The notes below the pieces were generated by a model. That model had not been told where the DNA came from and did not search any database. It worked only from the letters and a program-made list of their open reading frames with translations. Position numbers and translations under genes: made by a program. DNA of 64,000 nucleotides. It comes from Eutreptiella sp. 'Long Island Sound 2002'. Lineage: Eukaryota > Protista > Euglenida. The stretch covers positions 5,704,001 to 5,768,000 of the forward strand of contig OZ038379.1 of NCBI GenBank assembly GCA_964036045.1, given 5' to 3'. Of the stretch, positions 26,218-38,811 are shown piece by piece. Positions within the stretch are counted from its first letter, which is position 1, and every line of letters starts with the position of its first letter.

Positions 26218-27893
26218 CACCACAACACACCACAACACAACACAACACAACACAACACAACACAACACAACACAACACAACACAACACAACACAACACAA
26301 CACAACACAACACAACACAACACAACACAACACAACACAACACAACACAACACGGCACAACACAACACAACACAACACAACACAACACAACACAACACAA
26401 CACAACACACCACACCACACCACACCACAACACAACACAACACACCACAACACAACACAACACAACACAACACAACACAACACAACACAACACAACACAA
26501 CACGACACACCACAACACAACACAACACAACACAACACAACACAACACAACACAACACAACACAACACAACACGACACACCACAACACAACACAACACAA
26601 CACAACACAACACAACACAACACAACACAACACAACACAACACAACACAACACAACACAACACAACACAACACGGCACAACACAACACAACACAACACAA
26701 CACAACACAACACAACACAACACAACACGGCACAACACAACACAACACAACACAACACAACACAACACAACACAACACAACACAACACAACACAACACAC
26801 CACACCACACCACACCACAACACAACACAACACAACACAACACAACACAACACAACACAACACAACACAACACAACACAACACAACACGACACAACACAA
26901 CACAACACAACACAACACAACACAACACAACACAACACGGCACAACACAACACAACACAACACAACACAACACAACACAACACAACACAACACAACACAC
27001 CACACCACACCACACCACAACACAACACAACACAACACAACACAACACAACACAACACAACACAACACAACACAACACAACACAACACAACACAACACAA
27101 CACAACACGACACACCACAACACAACACAACACAACACAACACAACACAACACAACACAACACAACACAACACGACACACCACAACACAACACAACACAA
27201 CACAACACAACACAACACAACACAACACAACACAACACAACACAACACAACACAACACAACACAACACGGCACAACACAACACAACACAACACAACACAA
27301 CACAACACAACACAACACAACACAACACAACACAACACAACACAACACAACACAACACAACACAACACAGCACAACACAACACAACACAACACAACACAA
27401 CACAACACAACACAACACAACACAACACAACACAACACAACACAACACAACACAACACAACACAACACAACACACCACACCACACCACACCACAACACAA
27501 CAACACAACACAGCACAGCACAGCACAGCACAGCACAGCACAGCACAGCACAGCACAGCACAGCACAGCACAGCACAGCACAGCACAGCACAGCACAGCA
27601 CAACACAACACAACACAACACAACACAACACAACACAACACGACACGACACGACACGACACGACACGACACGACACGACACGACACGACACGACACGACA
27701 CGACACGACACGACACGACACGACACGACACGACACGACACGACACGACACAACACAACACAACACAACACAACACAACACAACACAACACAACACAACA
27801 CAACACAACACAACACAACACAACACAACACAACACAACACAACACAACACAACACGACACAACACAACATAACACAACACAACACAACACAA
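26218..27893 (+). repeat. About 1.7-kb mosaic pentanucleotide satellite (CACAA)n with CACAG, CACGA, CACGG and CACAC/CACCA variants in STT3 intron 5
   Basis: Seen directly. Pure (CACAG)n block at about 27511-27600 and pure (CACGA)n block at about 27641-27750. Confidence 0.98.
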
Positions 27894-28383
27894 GGCAATG
27901 CAATGCCGCACGTCAGACTGCATTCCACGCTACACCACACCACACTGCACCGCACCACACCACTCTCCGTCTCTCGTGACAGCTTTTTTTTTTTACCTCA
28001 CCTTTTCATCTTGTTCCCCAGTCTCTCCTTCACCCGAAAAAGTTTCTCTTTGCTGGCCTTTGCCTGAGGCAAAAATTCACCGTGCCCGGGTGATGCATGT
28101 GAAATTCATGCCTAGAACTTTCTTCGGCGCCTGCGGTGCCACTGCAACTTCGAAACTGGTGAGAGGGCAGGGATCCGCTTCCAGGGATGCACGAGAGGGC
28201 GCAGGAGGTTGAGGGGGGGGGGGGGTCCAAAAGCGGTTGCCAGAGCGGTTGGGGTGCAAGGTCTGGCGGCTAAACCGGAACGACCCAGAAGGCTACGCCC
28301 CCCCCCCCCCCCGCCCCCGCCCCTCCTCCTTCCCCTCCGGTCCTTCCCCCCACAGAAACAGCTCTGACCACCTCTCTATCCAG

Positions 28384-28824
28384 GTGGCGTACGAGTGGCT
28401 GAAGACCAGCACTCCCGAGGACGCCCGCGTGATGGCCTGGTGGGACTACGGGTACCAGATCACCGGCATTGGGAACCGCACGAGCATCGCCGACGGCAAC
28501 ACCTGGAACCACGAGCACATTGCGACCCTCGCGCGGTGCCTCGTGCTGCCGGAGAAGCGCGCCTACAAGATCATCCGGCACCTCACGGACTACATGCTGG
28601 TGTGGGCCGGCGGCCGCGGCGACGACCTCGCAAAGTCGCCGCACATGTGCCGCATCGGGACGTCGGTGTACCCGGACATCTCGCCCAACGACCCCACGTG
28701 CCGGCAGTTCGGCTTTCATCAGGACCGCACCCCCACGCCGATGATGGCCAAGTCCGTCGTGTACAAGCTGTGCAGCCACGGCAAAACCCCCGGCGTCTCC
28801 GTGAACCCGGCCTATTTCAAGGAG
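28384..28824 (+). CDS. STT3: STT3 exon 6
   Basis: TCCAG acceptor. AYEWLKTSTPEDARVMAWWDYGYQITGIGNRTSIADGNTWNHEHIA (WWDYG motif), DDLAKSPHMCRIG. Donor GAG|GTCTTC. Confidence 0.98.
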
Positions 28825-30540
28825 GTCTTCAGTCCGCTCGCTACTCCCTGCCTCACCCCTTCCCTCCCTGTCTCCCTCCCTCTGCCGGTAGCAGGCAACC
28901 GTAAAGCGGACAGGCACAAAGTCAGACAGCAGCCGCACAAACGGCCCCTCGGCAGGTGGTTGGTGCAACGTATAACGTGCTCTGCTCCGACTCCAACCCC
29001 AACTTCAACGGCAATTCCAACTCCCAACTCCCTCCCTCCCTCATTCCCTCGGTTGTTCCATCAGCTGACGTGTTGGTGACGTCGATCTTGGGGGTGGATG
29101 CTTGTTTGGGGTTTTGGCTGTGTGTAGCTGGTGCCACTTGCGGTCTCATTCTCATGCGGGCGGGGGCTGGGGTGACAGTGACAACCACAGAACCCCAACA
29201 GTGAGGTCCTCGAACTCTGCGTCCTCTTCTCGCCCCTTTATCCGTTGGCTACCATTCTGAGCATCTTGTTCATGTCTGGCTGTGCCCGTTTTCTTGGCTC
29301 TTCTGTGCCTCCTCCTACTTCCCCCTTTGCTCCTCTTTGGTTTGCGGCCTTGGCTTTAGTGCCGGCGGCCTCTGTTTCAGTTCGTCTGTTTTTGGAGACG
29401 CAATTCTGGGCTCTTCCCCTTGTTTCTTTAGTTGCTTCACTTGCTCCGACACATCCAGTAGCAAGGTGTTTGCTGCAGTGCAGACATCTCCTCACGCCGT
29501 TGAGGCTCCCCATTTCTTGCATTTGTTTGTTCCTGTCAGTCGCTGTGTTGCATTCTCCATCTCTTGATGCTGCCTCGGAGAGCCCGCGCTCAACCTCACT
29601 GCTATCCTCGTGCCTGGAGCACGGATGCAAAACCCTTGGGCATACTCTGGGGGCTGTGTCTCTGGGCACAGTTGGGGCTCTCTGTCCTCTGTTTGGCGGC
29701 TCGGCCCCCCCCCCCCTGCCCCGGCGGAAGAAATCCTCGCTTTGCTGGTTTCCCCCTTTGTACCTCTCCCTGGCCGTGCGCTGCTTGCTGGCGGACATCC
29801 GCCATGCGAGTAGGGCCAGGGGAAGCTCACAAATTAGAGACAATGCCAATTTGCTTCGGGGGTTGGAATGGCCATGAACCATGATTTACACTGAGCGAGG
29901 GAGCCCTAACCATGTGTTGTCAGTGGTCGAGGGCATAGGGTTGCGCTTGACGGGCACACATTGATTTAATGATAGCATCACTGCTTTTCAGTGTCTGCAA
30001 CACCTGCCAAACCTGGCCAGGTGACAGTATCACACCGAGTTTGGGAAAGGGGGACGACATACCAGGTCACCTGCCGGATCCTGGCTCTCGGAGACGCCCG
30101 CACTGTTTTTTTTTTGGGTGGGGGACTTTCGTTCCCCTTCCCGGCGCTCACTTCTTCCTGTAAACGCACAAGGGGCAGGCACAGGTTCATCTGAAGTTTC
30201 CTGCATTCATCACCTGTGCCCCATCCTCCATTTGCACCTGATTTCCTCATCTCCCACATTTGTATTTTGTTGTGGAGCCTTGTTTTACTGTACTTTGTAT
30301 TGACGCCGATCTCCTGCGCTCGTAACATGGCGCAGGGATGGCACATATTTAATCAACCATCGTCTCTTAGCCTTTGCCGAACAACATTTGCCACCAGCCC
30401 ACCTGCGGAAGTAGTCCTAGGCCTTGTCTTCCATCCCTCTCTCCCTCCCTCCAAAGGTGAACTGCAGGCAAATGTCGCCCGGCAAGAGCACTAGGAAAGA
30501 GGTCCCTCGGGGCGCTGGGTTTTCACTTCCGCCCTCCCTC

Positions 30541-31051
30541 TACAAGGTACCCACGTACCCCACAAGGGTGGGGGCTGCGCCCCGCGCGCCGGGAGGTGCC
30601 CGCCACGGGGGTGGCAACAGGGCCGTGACCAGCCAACCGCGCACGGGACAGTCCACGTCGCACGGAGATATGAAATCCTCGTACGCGGGGGCAGGCGGGT
30701 GGGACAGGAGTGGGTGCACGAAAGGGGCACCCAGGAGCGCCAACAGACAGGGGCAGGAGCGACACAGACACACAGAACGCGGGAGCCACACCAGGAGGGA
30801 CAAGGGCGAGCATAGCAGACAAGGAGGAGGGGCACAGCAAAGCAGGAGAGGCGACCAGAACAGGCGGAACAGGGAACCAGAATGGAAGGGATGGGAGAGC
30901 GTGAGGCAGCGACAATAAAGGGGATGGCCTGGCCAGCCAGCCCCGTCGCTACCGGGTGCCAGGGCAACCCCTGCTCAACCGGCATCAGGTGGGGGGTGTC
31001 TCCTGCAGCCCAGATGGGCTGTTTGCGCAGCAGGAGCGGGAGCCCATCAGG
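30541..31051 (+). repeat. Dispersed repeat family A, module X, in STT3 intron 6
   Basis: Near-identical to 3851-4364. Confidence 0.9.
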
Positions 31052-31458
31052 ACCAAATATATGGCAAATGATGACTTTTCTGAACCCCCTTGACGCACTG
31101 ATTCCAAAAATCCCATTTTCATTTTTTACCGATTTTGGGGTTTGGGTCACCTCCGAGGCATGGGGGTTAGTCTTGGTAGGATTTAGGGGGTCCCGTCAAT
31201 TGAACCCTTTTGGGGGGGGGGGGGCGGGGGTCCGGCCGGAGGGCTCTATCGCCCCCCCCCCCCCCCCCGCCTCCCGGAAGTGAAAGCTCGCCTGCCTCCC
31301 TGCCTCTCATGTAGCAATGCAGTCACTGCCATTTTTGCAACCTCCCTCTGCCTTACCTTCTCACCCTCCCGCCCTCCTGCCCTCACCTGCCCACTCTTCC
31401 CTGTCCCTGTGTCTTGTATGCAGTCTTCTTTCTGTGCGCCCCTCCCTCCCTCGTTCAG

Positions 31459-31728
31459 GTGTACACCTCGAAGCACGGGTTCGTCCGCATCTACAAAGTG
31501 ATGAACGTTTCACAGGAGTCCAAGGACTGGGTTGCCAACCCAGAGAACAAGGTCTGCGATGCCCCGGGCAGTTGGTATTGCAGCGGGCAGTACCCCAAGC
31601 CGCTAGCACCCCTCATTAAGAAGCGCAAGGACTTTGCCCAGCTCGAGGACTTCAACAAAGGAAGCAAAGAGAAGAACGCCTATTCCGTACATGTTGAGGA
31701 GACACTCCGTCGCGGAGGCAACCTTTGA
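31459..31728 (+). CDS. STT3: STT3 exon 7 (terminal)
   Basis: TTCAG acceptor. VYTSKHGFVRIYKVMNVSQESKDWVANPENKVCDAPGSWYCSGQYP ... TGA. The seven exons sum to 2562 nt (853 aa plus stop). Confidence 0.96.
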   Translation: MYTSKHGFVRIYKVMNVSQESKDWVANPENKVCDAPGSWYCSGQYPKPLAPLIKKRKDFAQLEDFNKGSKEKNAYSVHVEETLRRGGNL

Positions 31729-32247
31729 GGGATATGTGTGTTTATGTGTGTGCGCGCGTGCCGGGGGGGGGGGATGCGTGTCAGCTTTGTCCTCAATATG
31801 ACAGACCTTTTGTCATACTGTTTCTTGGGAGTCGCCGGAGGAGGCATTTACCTATTGCAAAGAGGCTTCCAAGGCCAGTCCTGAAAGGCAGAATGGGATG
31901 AGTTGAACATCTGTCACCTGCATTTGCTGTATGAACTGTGTGGTGTGCATTGCTGCATATTGTGGCATGTTGCCTTTGTCGTATGGAGGTTTGTGTAGGG
32001 GACTTGAGCCACACAGAAAGGATGGCAGAAGATGAGAGTGTGAACTGGAGAACCTGTTTAAAATCAGGTATTCTTTCTCCTGATTTAAAATCAGGGAATC
32101 CTTCTTCTAAGTGGGGAAGTGGTACTTTCCACAGGCGCCGTGAAAGCTTTTTTGCTACCCCTGCAGTGACCTGTCAGTCGCCATCGGCAACCGCTGCCAT
32201 GGCACCCACTTTAGCATGAAAGTGTGAAAGTGTGAAAGTGTGAAAGT

Positions 32248-33559
32248 GGGTACCCTGTGCGTAGTGCACGCGCAATGCAACTATTTGGCTTTCTGGTGAC
32301 TTGTAGTATGCACCCTTGCAGGACAAAGTATCAATGTGTTGGCCCACTGCCACTCAAATATGGTTGCAAATGTGATGTCCGGTGTTTACACCCTCTAAGG
32401 GATGGCGTAGAAGGGTTGGGTTTCCACAAGGCACACTCAGTTGGAGTGTGGCCCGGAGACAATAGGGGGTGCCTCACAATTCCTGGCCACAGTTCACGAT
32501 CTTCTTGAGAGTGGCCCTGAAACAGTAGGGGTATGTAGCCACAATCTAGGCTCTTCTTCCATGTGGTCCTGATGCAGCAAGGGGTGTGTAGCCACAAATC
32601 CCAACTCTTCTTGAGAGTGACCTAAGACAGTAGTGGTGTAGCCACCAATCCACTTTGTGCCCCCAAGACAGGTCGCCCCTCTTTGCTTTGGAGACCCAAT
32701 ACAGCACGGGTTGTGAAGCCATGTCACTCCTTCACATTTTGGAGAACCTGATGTGGCGGGTTATCTTGCCACTTGAGAGGCTCTCCCCTTTGAGGAACCC
32801 AACGTGGGAGGGGTCACATCGCCACTCTGAATGTTTTTTGCCTTTGCTTTTGATGCGGCAGGATTTATAGCCACGTCGCATCTCTTCATTTTGGCCCCCA
32901 ATGTGGTCACGCAGCCACGCGTACCCCTCTCCAGCTATGTTCATTGGCCAAACAACCATAAGGGATGGTTCACAAGAATTTAGTGACATCCATGGTTTCA
33001 GTAGGGCATGGATTGAGCACTTTGTCTACAACCTTGGGCACTGGTGCATTGTAAGGAAAATATAGAGGGGACCTCATTGGCATGAGTACTTGCACGTACT
33101 TTTGCATTTGTGGCAATTTCTGATTCGTAGGCAGTACAGTGCCCCCCATCTTGTCCATGGGAACACATACCTGCACATCTTTGGGATGCACATGCCTTTG
33201 GTGATAGTGACACCATGGGTGATGATGGTGATGTGCGTGTGTGTGTGTGTGTGCTCTGTTGCAACAAAGCTAACTCCGAGAGATTGTCCACGTGTGACTA
33301 GTATGAAGAACCATATTGCACGGATTGTATTGATGCACACGTGTGACAAGGGCACAGTGTTTGACAGTGCCGTGTACACTTCAGCACAGGTGATGCACCT
33401 GTGCTGAAAAGGCCTTTTCTATTGCCTTTGTTGCATGTTTTCTTGGCCCATGTGAAGACAGGGGACAACAGTGCACAACTAGGCTGTTGGCGGCAATTTG
33501 CAGGCTTTATGTATGTCTGAAAAGTAGTGCGCAGTGCGTGCGTAGTGCAAGATTGCCCC
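32248..33559. mobile_element. Diverged, longer family C-related element
   Basis: Left end GTGCGTAGTGCACGCGCAATGCAACTATTTGG and right end AAAGTAGTGCGCAGTGCGTGCGTAGTGCAAGATTGCCCCC resemble the family C ends. No clear TSD; boundaries are approximate. Confidence 0.45.
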
Positions 33560-35849
33560 CGTCTCCCTTGAAATCGGCTGTCAGGCTGGCAGACTGGTAT
33601 GCGTCACACAAGACTTGTGCTCGATATCCACGTGTAATGGTATGACTTACGATTCCTTTGCCCAGGGTGCTGGGGGGGAGGGGGGCAGGGGGATGATGGG
33701 ACTTCGCTGTCGCAAAAATGGAGGGCAATGATGCCAAGAGAGGCAACAGGGAGATCCCCTAACCCCTGCTTGCAGTAATGGGGCCACATGGACACAGCGC
33801 GAACAAGTCTCTGTGCTGCGTGGCTTGCACGACGAATCCCCCGTTCTCGTCCTGCACTGCAGGGGTGCAGTGCTGCTGTTTGTCGTTGCAGGAACGTGCC
33901 AGTGATCTTGAACTGGCGGGTTGTTGACTGTTACGGTCACTGTCACCGTTTATGTTCGGTTGGGCTGTTGGGAAATTTGGGGACTGTAGCTGTGGTCCGG
34001 GTGGAGCTTGCTTCACAGTTCTCGATGCTGACCACCCCGAGCCAACCCTATCAGCACACTCGGCGGTTGGCCCCCAAGGAGGCCATTGTTTCAGACAGCT
34101 TGCTTTTGGATCGCGTCACGCCCGGCATCTCCGAACGGGCATCCGCTCGGCGACACAGAGGCTGCACGTTGGGGACAACGCTGTTTGTCATTGCTCGCAA
34201 GAGCACGGCCTGTACCTACGCATCAACATCGTACCCGCCGTCATTTCTAAAAGGTGGAAGTCCAGGGGCCATAGCGATTGGACAGTCGCGTTTTGCAACA
34301 AATAGACCACACAAGGGTAAGGCATTTTGAGACAATCCCATAGGACCAGGAGACGCCGAGACATGGGCTGCCCAAAGTTGAGGGTGCAGACGGGGGTGCC
34401 CACCTCGCAGCTCAGGGTCCCTCAGCAGCTGGGGGTGCCCCTCAGTGTGCCCACCCGGCCCCTCAGGGTGCACATGGGGGTGCCCACGGAGCACTTGGTG
34501 GTATGCACAGGGATGGTACAACGTTTGTTATACACCACTTGCTCCAGCGCCCCAAGCCCCCCCATCCCCCTGCCTTCCCCTGGCGCACGCACATCTATTG
34601 CTGCCATGGACAATCCGCGCTTCAACCTCCAAGGGCTCAGCTTCTGTCTTTGCGCTGCCACAAGCCCTTGACCTGTGGCAGTCCCATGGGGATGATGAGA
34701 GGCATGTGTTGTGGGAAAGGGGGACCGGGGGGGGGGTATTGCATGGGAATGCCCACAGCCACCCGCTCAAGCTGCTGCACGTAGCTGTTGGGCCCTGGAG
34801 GTGGTAGGGGGTGGCCCATGCAGGGCTGCTGTGCGGTGAGAGCGCCAGGTGGCAGTGCACACATGCAATACCAACCAGGTGGCCTCCAGGAGCCCACCGC
34901 CCTAAAAGCAGCCAAACAGCTCAATGTGGATACGGGGCAAATCATGAAACCCCCCATCCCTGGATGCCCATGTCCAGAGACCAAAGACAGGTGGAACGGA
35001 ACAATCCCTCCAAATTTTGAACGGGACTGCAATGCACACTGCATGTTTGGTATGGTTGCATTTCCAAGTACCCCAACAGTCCAATGGCAATGGATGCTGG
35101 TGCTTGCTGGTTTAGCGGAATTGAGGACCGAATCTGTTGCAATGAACTAGGCATCGATTGGGCATGCTGAGTTTGGGGCCAGGTGGCAGCACAATTGAGC
35201 ACATTTTTCGGAACAACATCTGACCAGCTGTTTATTGCTCGCCTGGAGGAGTCTGGAGGAGCGGATGTGGGTTGACTTAGAACAGGTTGTGGCTTTATGT
35301 GCCGGTGCATGTTTCTGTGTGTCTGTGTGCCGGGAGCACCGTATGTGTATCTGGATCGAACCCACGTCCTGTCTGCCCGTGCGTGTGTGTATGTTGGGTG
35401 TCTTTGCAGGTGTCCGTAATGCTCAGGTGTCTCTGCTTTTTAGTTATCTGAACAGCTGCCTCCAGGGCGACACCCACTTTGGCCCGAGGTCCAGAGAAGT
35501 GAGGAACAAAAGTGTTACCGGCAAAATGGACAAGAACCACTGACAGGCAACGAGAAAGGCGAGGGACCATTAGTGGAAAAGCTGCCCTCTTTGAGAAGTG
35601 ACACCCTTGGAGGGGAGGCGGATAGTTCTAATTCCAGTAAAAAGAAGCACTTGTGATCAGGATTGCCAATCAGAAAATCGGTTGGCAATGCATGTTGCGA
35701 AATAAGGGGAATTCAGTGGGGAGGGCTGTGAAGGTGATTGGTAGGTGGACTCCCCACTCACATGACGCTAAATCAGTGTGAAGGAACGACACAGAACAAT
35801 GAAGGCCCAAGAGAAGATGGCTGTGTTGACTGCGGGACCATGAGATAGA

Positions 35850-36225
35850 CTTCTCCTTCTGAAGTCTACAGACTCATCCACCATCGAAGACTAGCGTGCC
35901 TACTTCAAGCCAGTGCCCACTGAGCACGCTGCAATGTACGTACATTGGCATGTGACATCACAGCGTGGGTGCTAAGCCAAAGTGTTGTCTGTTGGTAAAC
36001 ACCTCGGTGCCCAATGGACGTCCTTGTGGGCCTTGGGATTGATCTCGGACACACGTTTGCCTGGCTGTACTTTTGTACCCATGCAACACGTCATCGAGCA
36101 CCCCCACTTGCAGTCCGTGACACGTGCCTCTTGTGTGAAGGTCTCCACACAACGTCTACAAGAGGAGAAACAGGAAGGGCCATGATCTGTGCAGATCATA
36201 CAAGCTGTCACTTCTGTGGCATCTT
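35850..36225 (+). repeat. Left arm of a ~380-bp inverted repeat pair
   Basis: Reverse complement of 38812-39197 (for example CATCGAAGACTAGCGTGCCTACTTCAAGCC versus GGCTTGAAGTAGGCACGCTAGTCTTCGATG). Confidence 0.92.
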
Positions 36226-36404
36226 CTGAACCTTGCATTTCCTCATTGAGACACAAACCTAAGTACTGCTGATTCCGCTGCAGCGCACACAAGGTTGAGC
36301 TGTGGCTTCAGGCTCTGCTCTGCCTTCAGAAGCACCTCCATCCACTGCTGGAGATGTTGAAGTGTTGTTTTTGTGGCTCCAAGAACGACTCATCATCCAC
36401 CTAG

Positions 36405-36640
36405 GTTCAACCAGTCAAACCAGTCAAGACAGTCAAACCTGTCAAACCAGGACGAAAGAACAAGCCCCATAGAACCGTCAAAACGGTGGATGATCGCATT
36501 CAGAAACTCGGCAAATACAGCTTATACAATGGGAACGGTTTTCTGATGTGCTGGTATTGCGGTAAACGTGTTGACTGTAACTGAGAAGACACGATTAGCT
36601 GCCACATCACGTGTGAGACCCACGACAAATGCTGTGTTGG
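36405..36640 (+). pseudogene. Decayed CGGBP1-like / hAT-transposase-type C2H2 (BED-like) zinc finger
   Basis: Frame reads TVDDRIQKLGKYSLYNGNGFLMCWYCGKRVDCN*EDTISCHITCETHDKCC. This is colinear with the CGGBP1 finger as recalled (TPLDRVTEFGGELHEDGGKLFCTSCNVVLNHVRKSAISDHLKSKTHTKRK). In-frame TGA at 36582-84. Confidence 0.65.
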
Positions 36641-38512
36641 CCACATTGCAGGGGAAGCACCATACATTTTGGCCCTGGGTTACAACGAGCGCCAACAAGT
36701 TGCGTTGCGGAGTCATTGGTTTGTGCTATGAAAGGCCTCTTGACTCCTGAGCAATGCTTCATGGCTGGGGACACTCAAATGGGTTATGGGTATGCAATGG
36801 TGATTGGTGGTATCAACAAGCGCACTCTTGGTTGGGCACTTGTTTTAAATGTGAAGTGAGGCCAGCCATGTTTTCTTGTGTGCATCTGTCTTCTTTGGGC
36901 AGATTTTGTTTGTGCATGAAAAACCAATGTTCTCATTAGATCAACTACTGGAGGACAGGTGATAAACATGGCAGCAGCAGGAATTGAATGGAGGTCTTTA
37001 GAATAGCAGCCTGGTGCACATACCACTAGGGCAATGACTGTCAGTGCAACATTGCTCAAGGCCCATGTACAGACCAGGGGGCTTATCTTTTCTAAATTGA
37101 CAGACTTTTTGGGTTTCCACATGACCGTAACTGCACAGCAACTACAAGGAAGTTAAATTGGGGCTAGGGAACGCAGCATGCCAGAAAATGGCCAAAAAAT
37201 GATTATTTGTGTCGCCGGAACGTTGTCGCCAGAACATTGGGTTTTCTCCCCGGAATGGGGGGAGGGTTGATACTGCAACACAACATACATTAGATACTAC
37301 GTGCACTCAAATGCTGCCGTTGTTGCTGACCACAATGGATCCACCGTTGACACTGCTGATTTCGAGTCCGGGAACCCTATACAAGTGCGTAAAACTATCG
37401 TACCGCTGCTTTGTACATACAGCCTGTGTCAATAATCCACTTTTGAATGACGAAAGTTGTACAGTGTTGTTCTGGTGCTGTCCAGCAATCATATCATGGC
37501 AAGGGCCATCAAATACGCCACTACAAGTGGGATTTAAGGCTTTGGATCAAGCACTTCCTTAGCTCCCTTGCAGGGTACAATCATGGACTGCAAAAATGGA
37601 CTAGTTCTGGCCATTTTGGGGCAAGACAGTCCGAAAATGCCTCACAATGGCCGTCAAATTTGCTTGCTTTTGCATGTGCCAAGGAACCTTGTCTTGCCCT
37701 GGAACCCCACAATCGGTCCGAGGAATGGCGAAAACCATGCCCAAAGTGGGTCAAATGCACCCCTTTCACCATTTGGTGCACATGCTTGAAGTTCTGCTTG
37801 TTTCAAGCTGGTTATGTCCGTTTATGTGATACTTGCAACAAGGCTGTTGACTCTCATCCCCCTCCCCCCCCAGTCTAGCCATCAGTTGCTGGTTTCCTTC
37901 AGAAGTCGGTACAGCCAAACAATTGATGAATGAGAGCAGTGGATTGCCGTTTCTTCTTGTTTGCATCATGTGCCTCACACCATGAGCATCTGCGCATGTC
38001 AGTGTGTATCCACAAGCCTCCAAGAAACATTGGCAAGCAATCAACTTGCTGTGAGCTGTGCACTCCATGTGCCGATAAGACCCTTGTCTGCGGTGATGTC
38101 CAGCCCCCGCCCCCCCCCCCCCCCGCTCAGGGAGAGGAACTGCACTTGGCGACAATACCCCCCGTGGGATTGGTGGGAACCGTCATCCCTGGGGGTGGGC
38201 TGGACAAGGAGTTGAGGGAGGGTATTTTACTTCAAAACGGGTAGATACAGGGGCACCTGCAAAGGAAACAATGCACCGAACAAGTTCGATGGTGACAGGT
38301 ATTTGACATTTCAGACCGATGGAGACCTGCATGTTGCATGCTGCCCAAGATGTTGTTCATCAGGTACCACAGCAATCCCCGTTGCTGATTGAGTTGATTG
38401 ATTTGGGTGGTGCAGGAGCAGGGCCTGAGTTCAAGGATGTTGAACCCCGACACACATGTCTGGTGTTGGCGCACTGCCCTGCTTTCCTCAGTTGTCTTGC
38501 CATCCTCTGAAA

Positions 38513-38683
38513 ATGTCTGGTGGTCTCGGTATTAGCGCCCTTGAAGGCCCCGGCAACGCTGAAGCGATCGAGTACCTTCAGGACTTCAAAATTGCACACT
38601 TGGTCAATGAGATGATGGTGGAGTTGTGCAAGGCAAAGCCAGCTGATGTGGTGAGCTACATGCACGCCTTCTTGCACAAAAAG
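38513..38683 (+). CDS. RIIa/Dpy-30-type dimerisation-docking (D/D) domain exon; probable first exon
   Basis: MSGGLGISALEGPGNAEAIEYLQDFKIAHLVNEMMVELCKAKPADVVSYMHAFLHKK fits the Y-L-x3-I-x2-L-x3-M-x2-L-x3-K-P-x-D-x3-Y/F D/D pattern. Upstream TTTCCTCAG (38491) and donor AAG|GTGCGT (phase 0). Unspliced, it would stop at 38707. Confidence 0.7.
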
Positions 38684-38811
38684 GTGCGTGCTGCGCCGGT
38701 GCTGTGACGAAGGTTGGGAGAGCTACGCTTTTGTGCATCCTCCTAACGTCTACTCCTCGATTATGGGGATGCATGTTTTGTGGGGATTCTTGGAGACAGC
38801 AAGAGGGGCAA

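Noticed and set aside
25982-28067. Long ORFs (574-734 aa) of HNTTQ or CCVVL repeats
   Set aside because: These are translations of the (CACAA)n satellite, which has no stop codons in any frame. The real STT3 exon ends at the 26193 donor.
29238-29882. 214-aa minus-strand ORF in STT3 intron 6
   Set aside because: It has no recognisable domain or splice signals. A CxxC and a coiled-coil-like stretch in another frame hint at a retroelement relic, but this is too weak to call.
17689-31458. Euglenid non-conventional (non-GT-AG) introns in STT3
   Set aside because: All six introns resolve cleanly as GT-AG with consistent phases and a continuous STT3 alignment.
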